Under the pieces are notes generated by a model that was given only the letters and a program-made list of their open reading frames with translations, ran no database searches and was not told where the DNA came from. A stretch of DNA of 64,000 nucleotides from Malacoraja senta (taxonomy: Eukaryota): the NCBI GenBank assembly GCA_038087875.1, contig CM075996.1, forward strand, positions 7,070,001 through 7,134,000. Direction: 5' to 3'. The position numbers and the translations under genes are program-made. Below, in pieces: positions 1 through 13,329 of this stretch. Every line of letters starts with the position of its first letter. Within the stretch, counting starts at the first letter, position 1.

Positions 1-1502
1 TTTCACTGTCGTCCTGTTGAATTTTTAAGAAGGAGCTGCAGATACTGGAAAATCGAACGAGGACAAAAATGCTGGAGAAACTCAGCGGGTGCAGCAGCAT
101 CTATGGAGCGAAGGAAATAGGCAACTGAAGAAGGGTTTCGGCCCGAACGTTGCCTATTTCCTTCGCTCCATAGATGCTGCTGCACCCGCTGAGTTTCTCC
201 AGCATTTTTGTCTACCGTCCTGTTGAGTTTCATTGTCTGCATAACTCGTTATCACCCACCACACAGCCAACAATCTCACCAGAGACCCGGGTTCCATCCT
301 GACTACGGGTGCTGCCTGTACGGAGTTTGTACCTTCTCCCCGTGACCTGCGTGGGTTTAAATACGAGATCTTCGGTTTCCTCCCACACTCCCAAACACAT
401 ACAGGTTTGTAGGTTAATTGGCTTGGTATGAATGTAAAAACAATTGTCCCTGGTGTGTGTAGGGTAGTGCTAATGTGCAGGGATGGCTGGTAGGTGTGGA
501 CTCGGTGGGCCTGTATCTTTAAACTAAACTAAACTGCACACATAACTACAAACGTGGTCTGGGCCTGGCCGAGCTGGTCATTCGAGGGACTTGGCAAAGG
601 GCCATGGGCCGAGGACTCCACCTAGGCCGCCAGCCTGCCCCTCTTCCGGGCTCATGTCCGTGCCCGGGTGTCCCTGGAGAGGGAACACACAGTGTCCATG
701 GGCACCTTGCCCATTTTCCGGGACCGCTGGGCACAGCACGATCTTGTGTGCTTCTCAGATGAAAGTAGATGTACAATAGGTGCAGGAGTGGGCCATTCAG
801 CCCTTCAAGCCAGCACCGCCATCCAATGTGATCAAGGCTGATCATCCAAAATCAGTATCCCATTACTGCTTTCTCCCCATATCCCTTCATTCCTTTGGCC
901 CCAAGAGCTATATCTAACCCTCTCTTGATAAACATCCAGTGAATTGGCCTCCACTGCCTCCTGTGGCAGAGAATTCCACAGATCCGCAACTCTCTGGGTG
1001 AAAAGGTTTTTCCTCATCTCAGTTCCAAGTGGCCTACCCCTTATTCTTAAACTGTGACCCCCTGGTTCTGCATATTCCTTATTTTAGAGTGATGTCTCCT
1101 TGTGTAGGATAGTGTTAGTGTACGGGGTGATCGCTGGTCGGCGCGGACTCGTTGGGCCGAAGGGCCTGCTTCCATGCTGTGTCTCTAAAGTTATAGTGGT
1201 GTATTCACTGTGATTTTGCACCAGTAAATAAACTTACCTTTGTAAAAAAAGATGCAACCCAACCGATGCATTATAAAGCTGCAGATATAGCCACGTGGAT
1301 TATGTAATGTTTAGTTTAGTTTAGAGATCCAGCGTGGAAACAGGCTCGTTCAGTCCACCGTGTCCACGCCAACCATCGATTACCCATACACCAGTTCTAC
1401 CCAACATATTAGGGACACTTTACAGAAGCCAATTAACCTACATGTGTAGGAAGTAAATGCAGATGCTGTTTTAAACCAAAGATAGACACAAAAAGCTGGA
1501 GT

Positions 1503-2750
1503 CAAGTCAAGTCGTCAAGTCACATTTATTTATATAGCACATTTAAATAACAACTCTCGTTGGCCAAAGTGCTTTACATTTGTTATAAGAATAGCATAAA
1601 CAAAACAAACTACATACATATATACATGTAGCCCTCACTCAGAGGACGTCAGGAAAGGCTTGGGAGTATAGATAAGTTTTAATCTTGACTTAAAGGAGTC
1701 GATGGTGGGGGCGGTTCTGATGGGAAAGGGGATGCTGTTCCACAATCTAGGGGCTGCAACCGCAAAGGCGCGGTCGCCCCTGAGCTTATGCCTAGACCGT
1801 GGGATATTCAGCAACCCCAAGTCGGCCGATCTGAGGGGCCTGGAGGTGGAGTGGTGGGTGAGAAGACTTTTAATGTAGGTGGGGGCAAGCCCATTGAGGG
1901 CTTTGTAGACATGGAGGAGGATCTTGAAGTTTATACGGAACCGCACAGGGAGCCAGTGGAGAGAGGCCAGGATCGGGGTGATGTCCCTTTTTCGGGTGCC
2001 CGTCAGGAGTCTCGCTGCGGCGTTTTGGACCAGTTGCAGGCGGACAGGGAAGATTGGCTGATGCCAGTGTAAAGGGAGTTGCAGTAATCTAGGCGGGAGG
2101 AGATGAATGTGTGGATGATCTTTTCCAGGTCATCAAAGTGGAGGAATTGTTTTATTTTAGCTATCGTCCGAAGCTGAAAGAAGCTAGCTTTCACCACGGC
2201 ATTGACTTGTTTGTCAAATTTCAGTGCTGAGTCAAATATCACGCCAAGGTTTTTGACGTGAGGTTTGAGTAGTGGGGTAAGGCTTCCAAGGCTGCCTGCT
2301 ATCATTTTGATTGAGTCCGAGGGGTCGAGAAGGATGACCCTCAGACTTACTCTCGTTTAGTTGGAGGAAGTTCTGGGCCATCCAACACTTTATATCCTCG
2401 AGGCAGTGGGTAAGGTTTGATTGGTTTTTGGGCTTCAGGGGGAGATAGAGTTGTGTATCGTCTGCGTAGCAATGGAAGGAAATGCCGTGCCTTTCAATGA
2501 CTTGGCCTAAGGGGAGCATATACAGGGAGAAGAGAATGGGGCCAAGGATGGAACCTTGTGGAACCCCACAGCACAGATTAGCTGGGGAGGAGAATGAGTT
2601 GCCTATGTTAGTCGAGAAACTCCTACCTTTGAGGTAGGAGATGAACCAGCTCAGGGCAGTGCCATCAATACCAACCCCATACCGGAGACGGTCAATTAGG
2701 ATGGTGTGGTCAACAGTATCAAATGCTGCGCTGAGGTCAAGAAGGAGCAG
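1503..2750 (-). mobile_element. 5'-truncated L2-type LINE (RT C-terminal part, frameshifted)
   Basis: Minus-strand ORF pieces carry [18 protein letters not shown] and FKILLHVYKAL. A (TCAAG)n tail lies at about 1502-1520. The element splits a host repeat at ctggagt|aactcagc. Confidence 0.85.
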
Positions 2751-4065
2751 GAGTAACTCAGCGGGTCAGGCAGCATCTCTGGAGACAAGGAATTGGTGAC
2801 ATTTCAGGTCAGACCATCCCCACCCTCTCCACCCCTCCCCCACCCAAGTCAACGTACTAGTTTCACTGTCCTGTTGAGTTTCATTGTCTGTATAACTTGT
2901 TATCACCTACCACACAGCCAACAATGGACCATTGTGGGCTCTATGCTTCCTTGATCATCGTTACTTTTTTGCAGATCTTTCATTCATTTGTTCTATACCT
3001 CTCTATATCACCGTCTATATCTCTCGTTTCCCTTCTCGCTCTCAGTCTTAAAAAGGGTCTCGACCCGAAATGGCACCTGCTCCAGAGATGCTGCCAGGCC
3101 CCACTGAGTTACTCCAGCGTTAGTGTGTCCATTTCCAATCAACCTACAAACCTGCACGTCTCTGGTATGTGGGAGGAAGCCAGAGCACACGGAGAAAACC
3201 CACGCAGGTCACGGGGAGAACGTGCAAACTTCGTACAGACGGCGCCCGTAGTCAGGATGGAACCTGGTTCTCTGGCGCTGTGAGGCAGCAACTCTACCGC
3301 TGTGCCATCGTGCCACCCCTTAATACATACTTGAATATTCTTGTTTCCATTCCTTTGTTCACTTCAGTTCAGTTTAGTTTATTGTCACATGTACAGAGGT
3401 ACAGTGAACAGCTTTTGTTGCTGCTATCCAGCCAGCGGAAAGACAATCAAGCCATTCGCAGTGTACAGATACATGATAAGGGAATAACGTTTTGCCTCGG
3501 CAAGATAAAGCCAGCAAAGCCCGATCAAGGATAGTCCGAGGGTCCCCGATGAGGTAGATAGTAGTTCAGGACTGCTCTCTGGTTGTGGTAGGATGGTTCA
3601 GTTGCCTGATAACAAATGGGAAGAAACTGTCCCTGAATGTGGAGGTGTGCGTTTTCACACTCCTGTACCTTTACCCTGATAGGAGAAGAGGGAGTGACCA
3701 GGGTGTGACTGGTCCTTGATTATGCTGCTGGCCTTTGCCGAGGCAGCGTGAGGTATAGCTGGAGTCAGTGGAAGGGAGGTTGGCTTGTGTGGTAGTCTGG
3801 GCTGCGTCCACAATTCTCTGCATTGGGACTGCACGCTAGTGTTTTTGTCTGTGGTTTCAGATTGAGGAAATCTGCATTCACTTTTAAGGAAGCATCTAGC
3901 TAATGCCCTCATCTTTCAGCATGACATACAGAAAAGATCCCTTCACCACCACTTCGACGAAGAGCAGAGGTCTTGGACCGAATATTTATCATTCAACCAA
4001 ATCATGAAAATAAATGAGTCACTTGGTATTATTTTGTACTTTGTGGGATCTTGCCGTCTGCATAT

Positions 4066-5930
4066 TGAATGAATGAATAAGTTTTAAAGAAGGAACTGCA
4101 GATGCTGGAAAATCGAAGGTACACAAAAATGCTGGAGAAACTCAGCGGGTGCAGCAGCATCTGTGGAGCGAAGGAAATAGGCAACGTTTCGGGCCGAAAC
4201 GTTGCCTATTTCCTTCGCTCCATAGATGCTGCTGCACCCGCTGAATGAATAATTGGCCAAGTGTGTACACATACAAGGAATTTGCCTTGGTGCTCCGCTC
4301 GCAAGTAACAACACGACATACAGGAAACCATTAAGAATAAAACATAAAACATTAAGAAAAAAACATTATAGTTTAAACGTGTGAACAAAATAAAATACCA
4401 GAGCAAAAGGAGGCTACAGACTTTTGGTTATTGATTAGAACTATTGCTCGTGCATTTATGTCTGGCTGTGGCGGCTTTGACAGTCCGGAGTCGCCTTCCA
4501 GAGGGAAGTGATTCAAAGAGTTTGTGGCCAGGGTGAGAGGGGTCAGAGATGATCTTGCCCGCTCGCTTCCTGGCCCTTGCAGTGTACAGTTCATCAATGG
4601 AGGGAAGGTTGCAGCCAATAATCTTCTCTGCTGATCGGACGATTCGCTGCAGCCTCCAGGTGTCGTGCTTGGTGGCTGAGCCAAACCAGACCATGATGGA
4701 GAAGGTGAGAACAGACTCTACGATGGCCGTATAGAATTGGACCATCATTGCCTGCGGCAGATTGTGCTTCCTCAGCTGCTGCAGGAAGTACATCCTCTGT
4801 TGGGCCTTTTTGACTGTGGAGTCGATGGTAGCCCCCCACTTAAGGTCCTTGGAGATGATGGTTCCCAGGAACTTAAAAGACTCCACAGATGTGACTGTGG
4901 TGTTGTTGATGGTGAGTGGGGTGAGGGGAGGGGGAGCTCTCCTAAACTCTACAATCAATTCCACTGTCTTAAGAGCATTGAGCTCTAGGTTGTTGCGAAG
5001 GCACCAGGACGCCAGCTGTGTCTCTTCCTGTTTGTAGTTAGATTCCTCCCCATCCTGGATCAGTCCAATCAGGGTTGTGTCGTCCGCAAACTTGAGAAGC
5101 TTGACAGAGGAGTCCGTGGAGGTGCAGTCGTTGGTGTAGAGAGAATAGTGGAGAGGAGAGAGTACGCAGCCTTGCGGTGCTCCTATGCTGAGCCTTTGCG
5201 GGTCCGAGATGTGCTTTCCCAGCCTCACATGCTGCTTCCTGTCTGTCAGGAAGTTGGTGATCCACTGACAGAGGGGTTTAGGTACAGTCAACTCAGAAAG
5301 TTTGGAGTGTAGTAGCTCTGGCACAATGGTGTTGAATGCAGAGCTAAAATCAACAAACAAAATCCTTGCACAGGTCCCCTGGCGGTCTAGGTGCTGGAGG
5401 ATGAAGTGCAAACCTAGGTTGACTGCGTCATCCACTGATCTATTGGCCCGGTATGCAAACTGCAGAGGGTCCAGCAGGGGTTTGTGATATTTTTCAGCTG
5501 GGCCAGCACGTCTTTCAAGGGTCTTCCTGACCACAGAGGTCAGTGGGACAGGCCTATAGTCATTAAGACCAGTAATCTTTGTCTTTCTGGGTTCAGGGAC
5601 AATAGTGGAGACTTTGAAGCAGGCAGGGACAGTCCATGTTTGCAGGAACTGGTTGAAAATGTCTGTGTTTTGGGTTGAAAAAGCCAGTTGTTCAGCACAG
5701 AGCTTGAGGGTAGAGGGGGAAACATTGTCCGGTCCTGGAGATTTCCGGCTTTTCTGTCTTCTGAAAAGCCTCTCCACTTCCTCAATTTCCATTGTTAGTG
5801 ATGGAGAAGTGGCCAGACTGATGTTGGGCAGCAAGGAGAGGGTGGATAGTGGACGAGGGCCCAGTCTCTGCAGACTGGAGTCAGGTTGTCAGTGGGTGTG
5901 AAGTGGTGATTGGGGAGGAGTGATGTGTTT
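4066..5930 (-). mobile_element. Rex1/Babar-like LINE with a long reverse-transcriptase ORF (4428-5834)
   Basis: 468-aa ORF with LFVDFSSAFNTI, GAPQGCVLSP and KFADDTTLIGLI. The (GAAT)n tail is interrupted by a Penelope-repeat piece at about 4085-4243. Clade assigned by motif recognition. Confidence 0.8.
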
Positions 5931-6738
5931 TCCACTTTAAAAGTGACAATACTTCAAGAGTACTTAATTGGCTGTGGTCATTTCACACTTCCCAAAAGGG
6001 GCATTGGGGGGGGGGTGCAGCGGTAGAGTTGCTGCCTTACTGCGCCCGAGACCCGGGTTCGATCCTGATGTACGTTAAGTATGTAAGTTAATTGACTACG
6101 GTAAAATTGTAAATTATCCTTAGGTTAAAAAAAACCAAGAAGGGTCTCGATCCGAGACGCCACTCATTCCTTCTCTCCAGAGATGCTGCCTTTCCCGCTG
6201 AGTTACTCCAGCATTTTGTGTCTGTCTTCTTGTGTGTCGGATAGTGTTAGTGTGCGGGGATCGCTGGTCGGTGCAGACTCGGTGGGCCGAAGGGCCTGTT
6301 TCCACTCAGTATCTCTAAACTAACACGAAACTAAACTAAAGAACTGTGTTAGTTTCCTTTCAAGACTTGCAGGCCTTTCTATACCATTTTAGATCTTGCT
6401 TTGTAAAGGCGGAAGGATATCTGATGTGTGAGGAAGTTGTTTAAATGGTACGGTGGGCTGTATCTCTGGTAATGGTCGCCTCCCTGAAGCCACTTCTCCA
6501 CCCTCTCTGCCGCCCTCTGCTACTCTGCAAGTCCACTGCCACAGCATGCGATCTGAGAGGAGCTGTGGCTGGACGCATTTCCTGCAGACAGGGCCGTCGT
6601 GGAGAATTGACTGCACCCTGATCTTGAGATGCAGGTGTACAAAACCGAACCCCTTGCAAACTACTGTCTATCAGACATACATTATTTCAGTTCACTGCTT
6701 GACTCATTTTGTTTTCTCCTCTTTTGTTTTTTCTCCAG

Positions 6739-6778
6739 AAGTGAGAATTCACTGCTTCTCAGCGAGGATCTCATCCAG
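6739..6778 (+). CDS. SH3BP1: SH3BP1-like exon 2 (first coding exon visible): SENSLLLSEDLIQ
   Basis: Pyrimidine tract + ccag acceptor, gtacat donor, 40 nt. Resembles the family motif LSEDLLQ and its phase joins the next exon. Confidence 0.8.
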
Positions 6779-6917
6779 GTACATTGTTGCTGCAAAACTA
6801 ATAGATCTCTTAAATGTCATTTGGGAATTTTAATGTCAAGTGTACCCTTGCACAATAGGCGGACACCCTGGTAAATGAAGGAAGACCCTTTTAGTTTAGT
6901 TTAGTTTAGTTTAGATC

Positions 6918-7355
6918 GAAGTGGGCAGGTGCTATAGACCTGCACGGGAAGGTAGACGCTCCCGCCCCCACGAGTCTCGGGTAGATGGGGCTCGTCAGCC
7001 TGGGAAGGCAGTCCATCTAGGAGAGGGAAAACTCTGATTTAAAACCTCCACTGCTGGTGGCCATATCCAGTCATGGAAAAGGCTCCAGGAGTAAACCTCA
7101 AGAAAATCCAGAGTCGGAGCCCCTAAGGCAGTTTGTCGTTGTCTACAACCTCGCTCTGGCAGCTCCTGCGACGGCGCTGGTGCCAAACTGTAACGGCCCT
7201 GCTGTTCCTTTGGATCGATCAGCGACGTGGAGGGGGGGGGGGGACGTGCTGCATGGGCAACAGCCTGTCCTCCATATGACATCGCCCAGGCTTGCATCCG
7301 ACAAACCAGGATGCATCACCCATGGTCAGTCATGACCGAAGGGAGCCTACTACTA
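6918..7355 (+). mobile_element. Short non-autonomous RTE-derived element
   Basis: ctaggagagggaaaactctgatt resembles RTE 5' UTRs, the element ends in (CTA)n, and it is inserted in a SINE tail. Confidence 0.45.
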
Positions 7356-7834
7356 GTTGAGAGTTACAATATAGAATCAAAGCCCTTCGGCCCATCGAGC
7401 CCATATCGACCAGCGATCATCCCTGCACTACTTCCCACCCTACACACTAGCGACAATTTACAGAAGCCCATTAATCTACAAACCTGCACGTCTTTGCAAT
7501 GTGGGAGGAAACCGGAGCACCCTGAGAATACCCACGCGGTCCCAGGGAGAACGTGCAAACTCCGTACAGACAGCACCCACAGCCAGGATCGAACCTTGGT
7601 CTCTGGCGCTGTGAGGCAGCAACTCTACCGCTGCACAACATTGCATCCTAGTAGGCTAATTTAGTTTAGATTAGTTTAGTTTAATTTCGAGGCACAGTCT
7701 CTGGCGCTGTGAGGCAGCAACTCCACCGCTCCACCACCGTGCCGCCCGAAGCATTGGCCATGCACTGTTGAAATGACAGATCTACTTCCAAGTGAGTGCA
7801 GCGACATGACCTCTCTTCCTTGTCTGCCCCTCAG

Positions 7835-7939
7835 TTTGAGAACAGGATTGAACCCGCCAGGCGGGCAACGTCCAACACCCACAAGAAGCTGCAGGCCTGC
7901 CTCCACGGACAACAGGGCTCAGACCTCGAGAGGCGCCTG
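7835..7939 (+). CDS. SH3BP1: Exon 3, BAR domain: FENRIEPARRATSNTHKKLQACLHGQQGSDLERRL
   Basis: tcag acceptor, gtgagt donor, 105 nt. Similar to recalled human VEQRLEPAKRAAHNIHKRLQACLQGQSG. Confidence 0.93.
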
Positions 7940-8634
7940 GTGAGTAAAAAAACTTCACCCATCCCCTTGTGTCACGGTGGTTCCTGTGTCTGAAGAAGGG
8001 TTTCGGCCTGAAACGTTGCCTATTTCCTTTGCTCCATAGATGCTGCCGCACCCGCTGAGTTTCTCCAGCATTTTTGCCTACCTGGCACTCCCAACAAGCC
8101 TGGTGCCCCAGGGAGAAGGCAGGAGAATAGGGTTAGGTGGGAGAGATAGATCAGCCATGATGACTGAACTTTATTGCCTTCCCTCACGGTGGGAAACATT
8201 GATTCCGCTGTGTGGTGGATGTTTATGTTAAACTCTATCGTGTGTTGTGGTTTTTTTAATTCGTATGGCTGTATGGTAACTCAAATCTCACTGTACCAAT
8301 TGGTGCATGTGACAATAAATGTGAAGTTGGACTTGATGGGCCGAATGGCTGAGTAGACTTGATGGGCCGAATGGCCTAATTCTGCTCCTATTCCTTGTGA
8401 CCGTGTGTGTAGGAAGGAACAGCGGATGCTGGTTTAAACCAAAGATAGACACATAATCCTGGAGGAACTCAGCGGGATAGGCAGTGTTTCTGGAGAGAAG
8501 GAATGGGTGACGGCCCTGTTTAGATCTGGCCTTTTCTTACCTCCAGTTCCCTCCCCCCCTCTGCTTTCAATCTCGACCCGAAACGCCACCCGTCCCTTTT
8601 TCTCCAGAGATGCTGCCTGACCCGCTGAGTTACT

Positions 8635-9086
8635 TTTTTTTTTAAATTTATTTATTTTTAATATTTTTTATTGGAGATAAGTACACAACCTATTTACATC
8701 ATTACAGTCTTACATTTTTAAATTGATAATATTGTCAATTATTATTACATTGTCTCCAATACCTTTTGCCTTTTTTTTTAAACTAAATAGAACTAAAGAG
8801 ATAGATGAAGTAAAGAAAGAAAAGAAAGAGAAGAAAAACAACAACAACAAAAACCAAAAACAAAAACAAAAAACAAAACAAAAAAAACAAACAAAAAAAG
8901 GAAAAAGATAGTTAAAGAAGAATGGAAAAATTTATTAAAATAAAAAACTTCATTCGAGATATATTCGTACATTTCTAAGTATAGCATTTCATCCATTCTT
9001 TAGCCCGAGTGCTAGTCAGGTTCCTGTGCTGAACTGTTCTGACCCTTTAAGTAATCAATAAAAGGAGACCTTAATAAAAGGAGACC
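8635..9086 (-). mobile_element. 5'-truncated L1/Tx1-like 3' end with poly(A) tail and 16-bp TSD
   Basis: T-tract from 8634. GACCCGCTGAGTTACT occurs at 8619-8634 and 9087-9102. The minus strand reads SPFIDYLKG...stop, like an ORF2 C-terminus. Confidence 0.7.
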
Positions 9087-9558
9087 GACCCGCTGAGTTA
9101 CTGCAGCACTCTGTGTCAATCATGGGTTTACTTCGATTGTCTGGTGAGGTATGAGTCTCGTTGGCTCCTGTGGCCATGTTTACCCCATGACTACCCACTC
9201 GCTCCCTGTCATGTACTCATCAATCTGCGCCTCCGACCATCCAGTTCAGTTCAGTTTAGTTTGTTGCCACCTGTACCGAGGTACAGTGAAAAGCTTTTGC
9301 TGCGTGATATCCAGCTGGCGGAAAGACAATACATGATTACAATCGAGCCATTTACAGTGTACAGATGCACGATAAGGGAATAACAGTTAGTGCAATGTAA
9401 AGCCAGCAAAGTCCGATTAAAGATAGTCCGAGAGTCACCAAAGAGGTAGATAGTAGTTCAGCACTGCTCTCTGGTTGTGGTAGGATGATTCAGTTGCCTG
9501 ATAACAGTTAGGAAGAAACTGTCCCTGAATCTGGAGGTGTGCGTTCCACACCGTTCGA

Positions 9559-9870
9559 GGGCGGCGCGGTGGCGCAGCGGTAGAGTTGCTGCCTCACAGC
9601 GCCAGAGACCTGGGTTCGATCCTGACCTCGTGTGCTGTCAGTGCGGAGTTTGCACGTTCTCCCCGTGACCTGCGTGGGTTTTGTCCAAGATCTTCGGTTT
9701 CCTCCCGCACTTCAGAGACGTACAGGTCAGTAGGCTAATCGGCTTGATAAAATTGTACATTTTCTCCTGTGTGCGTAGGGTAATGTTAGTCTGCGGGGAT
9801 CGCTGGTCAGGACGGACTTGGTGGGCTGAAGGGCCTGTTTCCAATGCTGTATCTCTAAAATAAACTAAAC
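9559..9870 (+). mobile_element. Full-length tRNA-derived V-SINE (HE1-like); representative of dozens of copies on both strands
   Basis: A-box-like tggcgcagcgg, B-box gttcgatcc, V-domain gagtttgcacgttctccccgtg, CR1-like 3' end gggctgaagggcctgtttcc and (AAACT)n tail. Confidence 0.88.
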
Positions 9871-9904
9871 ACCACTACATTATTTGTTTCCTGTGTTCCT
9901 GCAG

Positions 9905-9981
9905 AAAAAGATGCCCCTGATGACCTTGTCGCAGAGTATGGGAGAGAGCTGCAGAGAGCTGGACAACGAGTCCAGCATTCG
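9905..9981 (+). CDS. SH3BP1: Exon 4, BAR: KKMPLMTLSQSMGESCRELDNESSIR
   Basis: tgcag acceptor, gtgagt donor, 77 nt, phase 0 to 2. Confidence 0.93.
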
Positions 9982-11003
9982 GTGAGTCAGAAGCCGTAGG
10001 TCAAGTCTGGAAGTCTTGACCTGACCAGGGCGGTGAATCTGTGGAATTCACTGCCACAGACGGCCGTGGAGGCCAAGTCAAAGGATGTTTTAAAAACTGT
10101 CCAAACAGTGAAAACTGACCAAACAGTGGACAGAGTGGACGTGGAGAGGATGTTTCCACTAGTGGGAGAGTCTAGGACTAGAGGCCACAGCCTCAGAATG
10201 AAAGGACGCACCTTTAGGAAGGAGACAAGGAGGAATTTCTTTCGTCAGAGGGTGGTGAATCTGTGGAATTCATTGCCGCAGATGGCTGTGGAGGCCAGGT
10301 CATTGGGTATTGGACGACAACCTATGAACTTATGAACGATGAGACGGGAATGTCTAAGGTCGGCACACAAGGTTTACAGAATGGCTGGGAGGATGGCGGC
10401 ACAGTGGCAGAGTGGCAGCGCTGCTCTATCTCAGCGCCAGAGACCCACGTTTGATTCTGACTACGGATTCTGGCTGTATTGAGTTTGCATGTTCTCACTG
10501 TGACCCGCGTGGGTTTTCTCCGGCTGCACTGGTTTCTTCCCACATTCCAAAGACATGTAGGTTTGTAGGTTAATTGGGTTCTGTAAATTGTCCCTACTAT
10601 GGAGGATGGAACTAATGTAGAGGGGTGATCGCTGGTTAGCTTGGACTCAGTGGACCAAAGGGCCGGTTTCCTTGCTGTAAACTAGTTTCGTTTAGTTTAG
10701 TTTAGAGATACAGCGTGGAAAAGGGCCCTTTGGCCCGACCCCTGCACTAACACCATTCTACACACCAGGGACAATTTACAATTTTACCAAAGCCCAATTT
10801 TACCTTCAATCCTGCACGTCTTTGAAGTGTGGGATGAAACCAGAGCACCCGGAGAAAACCCACGCAGGTCACGGGAGAACGTACAAACTCCGTACAGACA
10901 GCACCTGTAGTCAGGATCGAACCTGGGTCACTAGCGCTGTGAGGCAGCAACTCTACCGCTGCACCATTGTGACGCCCTAACTGTATGCAAAAAAAAATGT
11001 CAC

Positions 11004-12942
11004 TACATTTCTTGCCTGGTGCACAGTTCTTGCCTGGAGTCCAGTTCTTGCCTGGTGTACAGTTCTTGCCTGGAGTCCAGTTCTTGCCTGGTGTACAATT
11101 CTTGCCTGGTATACAGTTCTTCCCTGGTATACACTTCTTGCCTGGTGTACAATTCTTGCCTGGTGTACCATTCTTGCCTGGTATACAATTCTTGCCTGGA
11201 GTCCAGTTCTTGCCTGGAGTCCAGTTCTTGCCTGGTGTACAATTCTTGCCTGGTGTACCGTTCTTGCCTGGTGTACCATTCTTGCCTGGTGTACCATTCT
11301 TGCCTGGTGTACCATTCTTGCCTGGTATACAATTCTTGCCTGGAGTCCAGTTCTTGCCTGGAGTCCAGTTCTTGCCTGGTGTACCATTCTTGCCTGGAGT
11401 CCAGTTCTTGCCTGGAGTCCAGTTCTTGCCTGGAGTCCAGTTCTTGCCTGGTGTCCAGTTCTTGCCTGGTGTACCATTCTTGCCTGGTGTACCATTCTTG
11501 CCTGGTGTACATTTCTTGCCTGGTGTCCAGTTCTTGCCTGGTATACCATTCTTGCCTGGTGTACATTTCTTGCCTGGTGTCCAGTTCTTGCCTGGTGTAC
11601 CATTCTTGCCTGGTGTACCATTCTTGCCTGGTGTACATTTCTTGCCTGGTGTACATTTCTTGCCTGGTGTCCAGTTCTTGCCTGGTATACCATTCTTGCC
11701 TGGTGTACATTTCTTGCCTGGTGTCCAGTTCTTGCCTGGTGTCCAGTTCTTGCCTGGTGTCCAGTTCTTGCCTGATGTACAGTTCTTGCCTGGTGTACAG
11801 TACATGCCTGGTGTCCAGTTCTTGCCTGGTGTACAGTTCTTGCCTGGTGTACAGTTCTTGCCTGGTGTACAATTCTTGCCTGGTGTACAGTTCTTGCCTG
11901 GTGTACAGTTCTTGCCTGGTGTACAGTTCTTGCCTGGTGTACAGTTCTTGCCTGGTATACAGTTCTTGCCTGGTATACAATTCTTGCCTGGTGTACCATT
12001 CTTGCCTGGTGTACAATTCTTGCCTGGTGCACAGTTCTTGCCTGGTGCACAGTTCTTGCCTGGTGTACATTTCTTGCCTGGTATACAGTTCTTGCCTGGT
12101 GTACAGTTCTTGCCTGGAGTACAGTTCTTGCCTGGAGTACAGTTCTTGCCTGGTGTACAGTTCTTGCCTGGAGTACAGTTCTTGCCTGGAGTACAGTTCT
12201 TGCCTGGTGTACAATTCTTGCCTGGTGTACAATTCTTGCCTGGTGTACAGTTCTTGCCTGGTGTACAGTTCTTGCCTGGTGTACAATTCTTGCCTGGAGT
12301 ACAGTTCTTGCCTGGTGTACAATTCTTGCCTGGTGTACAGCTCTTGCCTGGTGTACAATTCTTGCCTGGTGTACAATTCTTGCCTGGTATACAGTTCTTG
12401 CCTGGTGTACAGTTCTTGCCTGGTGTACAATTCTTGCCTGGAGTACAGTTCTTGCCTGGTGTACAATTCTTGCCTGGTGTACAGCTCTTGCCTGGTGTAC
12501 AATTCTTGCCTGGTGTACAATTCTTGCCTGGTGTACAGCTCTTGCCTGGTGTACAATTCTTGCCTGGTGTACAATTCTTGCCTGGTGTACAGTTCTTGCC
12601 TGGTGTACAATTCTTGCCTGGTGTACAGCTCTTGCCTGGTGTACAATTCTTGCCTGGTGTACCGTTCTTGCCTGGTGTACAGCTCTTGCCTGGTGTACAA
12701 TTCTTGCCTGGTGTACAGCTCTTGCCTGGTGTACAATTCTTGCCTGGTGTACAATTCTTGCCTGGTGTACAGTTCTTGCCTGGTGTACAATTCTTGCCTG
12801 GTGTACAGCTCTTGCCTGGTGTACAATTCTTGCCTGGTGTACCGTTCTTGCCTGGTGTACAGCTCTTGCCTGGTGTACAATTCTTGCCTGGTGTACAGTT
12901 CTTGCCTGGTGTACAGCTCTTGCCTGGAGTCCAGTTCTTGCC
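11004..12942. repeat. 18-bp minisatellite, consensus TTCTTGCCTGGTGTACAG, about 108 units
   Basis: Directly visible tandem array inside intron 4. Confidence 0.97.
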
Positions 12943-13329
12943 TTTTGTCGCCTGGTCTCTCCTCTGTACAACCCTCCCCCTACCAGCACCGGGCTCTTAC
13001 ACTGGTGAAGTGCTCAGTTGGGTGTTCAATAATGATACACCCATCCCTGTTATTCATCCTCAGAAGAGGCCACCCTAGTGTGGCACGGTGGCGCAGAGGG
13101 TAGAGCTGCTGCCTCACAGCGCCAGAGACCCGGGTTCGATCCTGACCTCAGGCGCCGTCTGAATGGAGTTTGTACGTTCTCCCAGTGACCCATGTGGGTT
13201 TTCTCCGGGTGCTCCAGGTTCCTCCCACACTCCAAAGTCGTCTCGGTTTGCAGGTTAATTGGCTTTGGTTAAAAATTTAAAAAAAATTATCCCCAGTGTG
13301 TGTAGAATAGTGCTAGTGTACGGGGTGAC

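Noticed and set aside
546..780. SH3BP1 first exon
   Set aside because: No MKKQ/MKRQ-like start and no suitable phase-2 donor; exon 1 is probably upstream of the window.
4428..5834. Active or domesticated reverse transcriptase gene
   Set aside because: No endonuclease region is visible, some segments look locally frameshifted, and the tail is interrupted.
9559..9635. tRNA genes
   Set aside because: The A/B boxes belong to SINE heads that continue into the V-domain; no full cloverleaf is present.
11004..12942. CRISPR-like array
   Set aside because: The units are contiguous with no unique spacers, and the context is eukaryotic.
10747..13103. 352-697 aa ORFs as repetitive structural proteins
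   Set aside because: They are translations of a stop-free 18-bp minisatellite on both strands inside an intron, with no splice or signal-peptide support.
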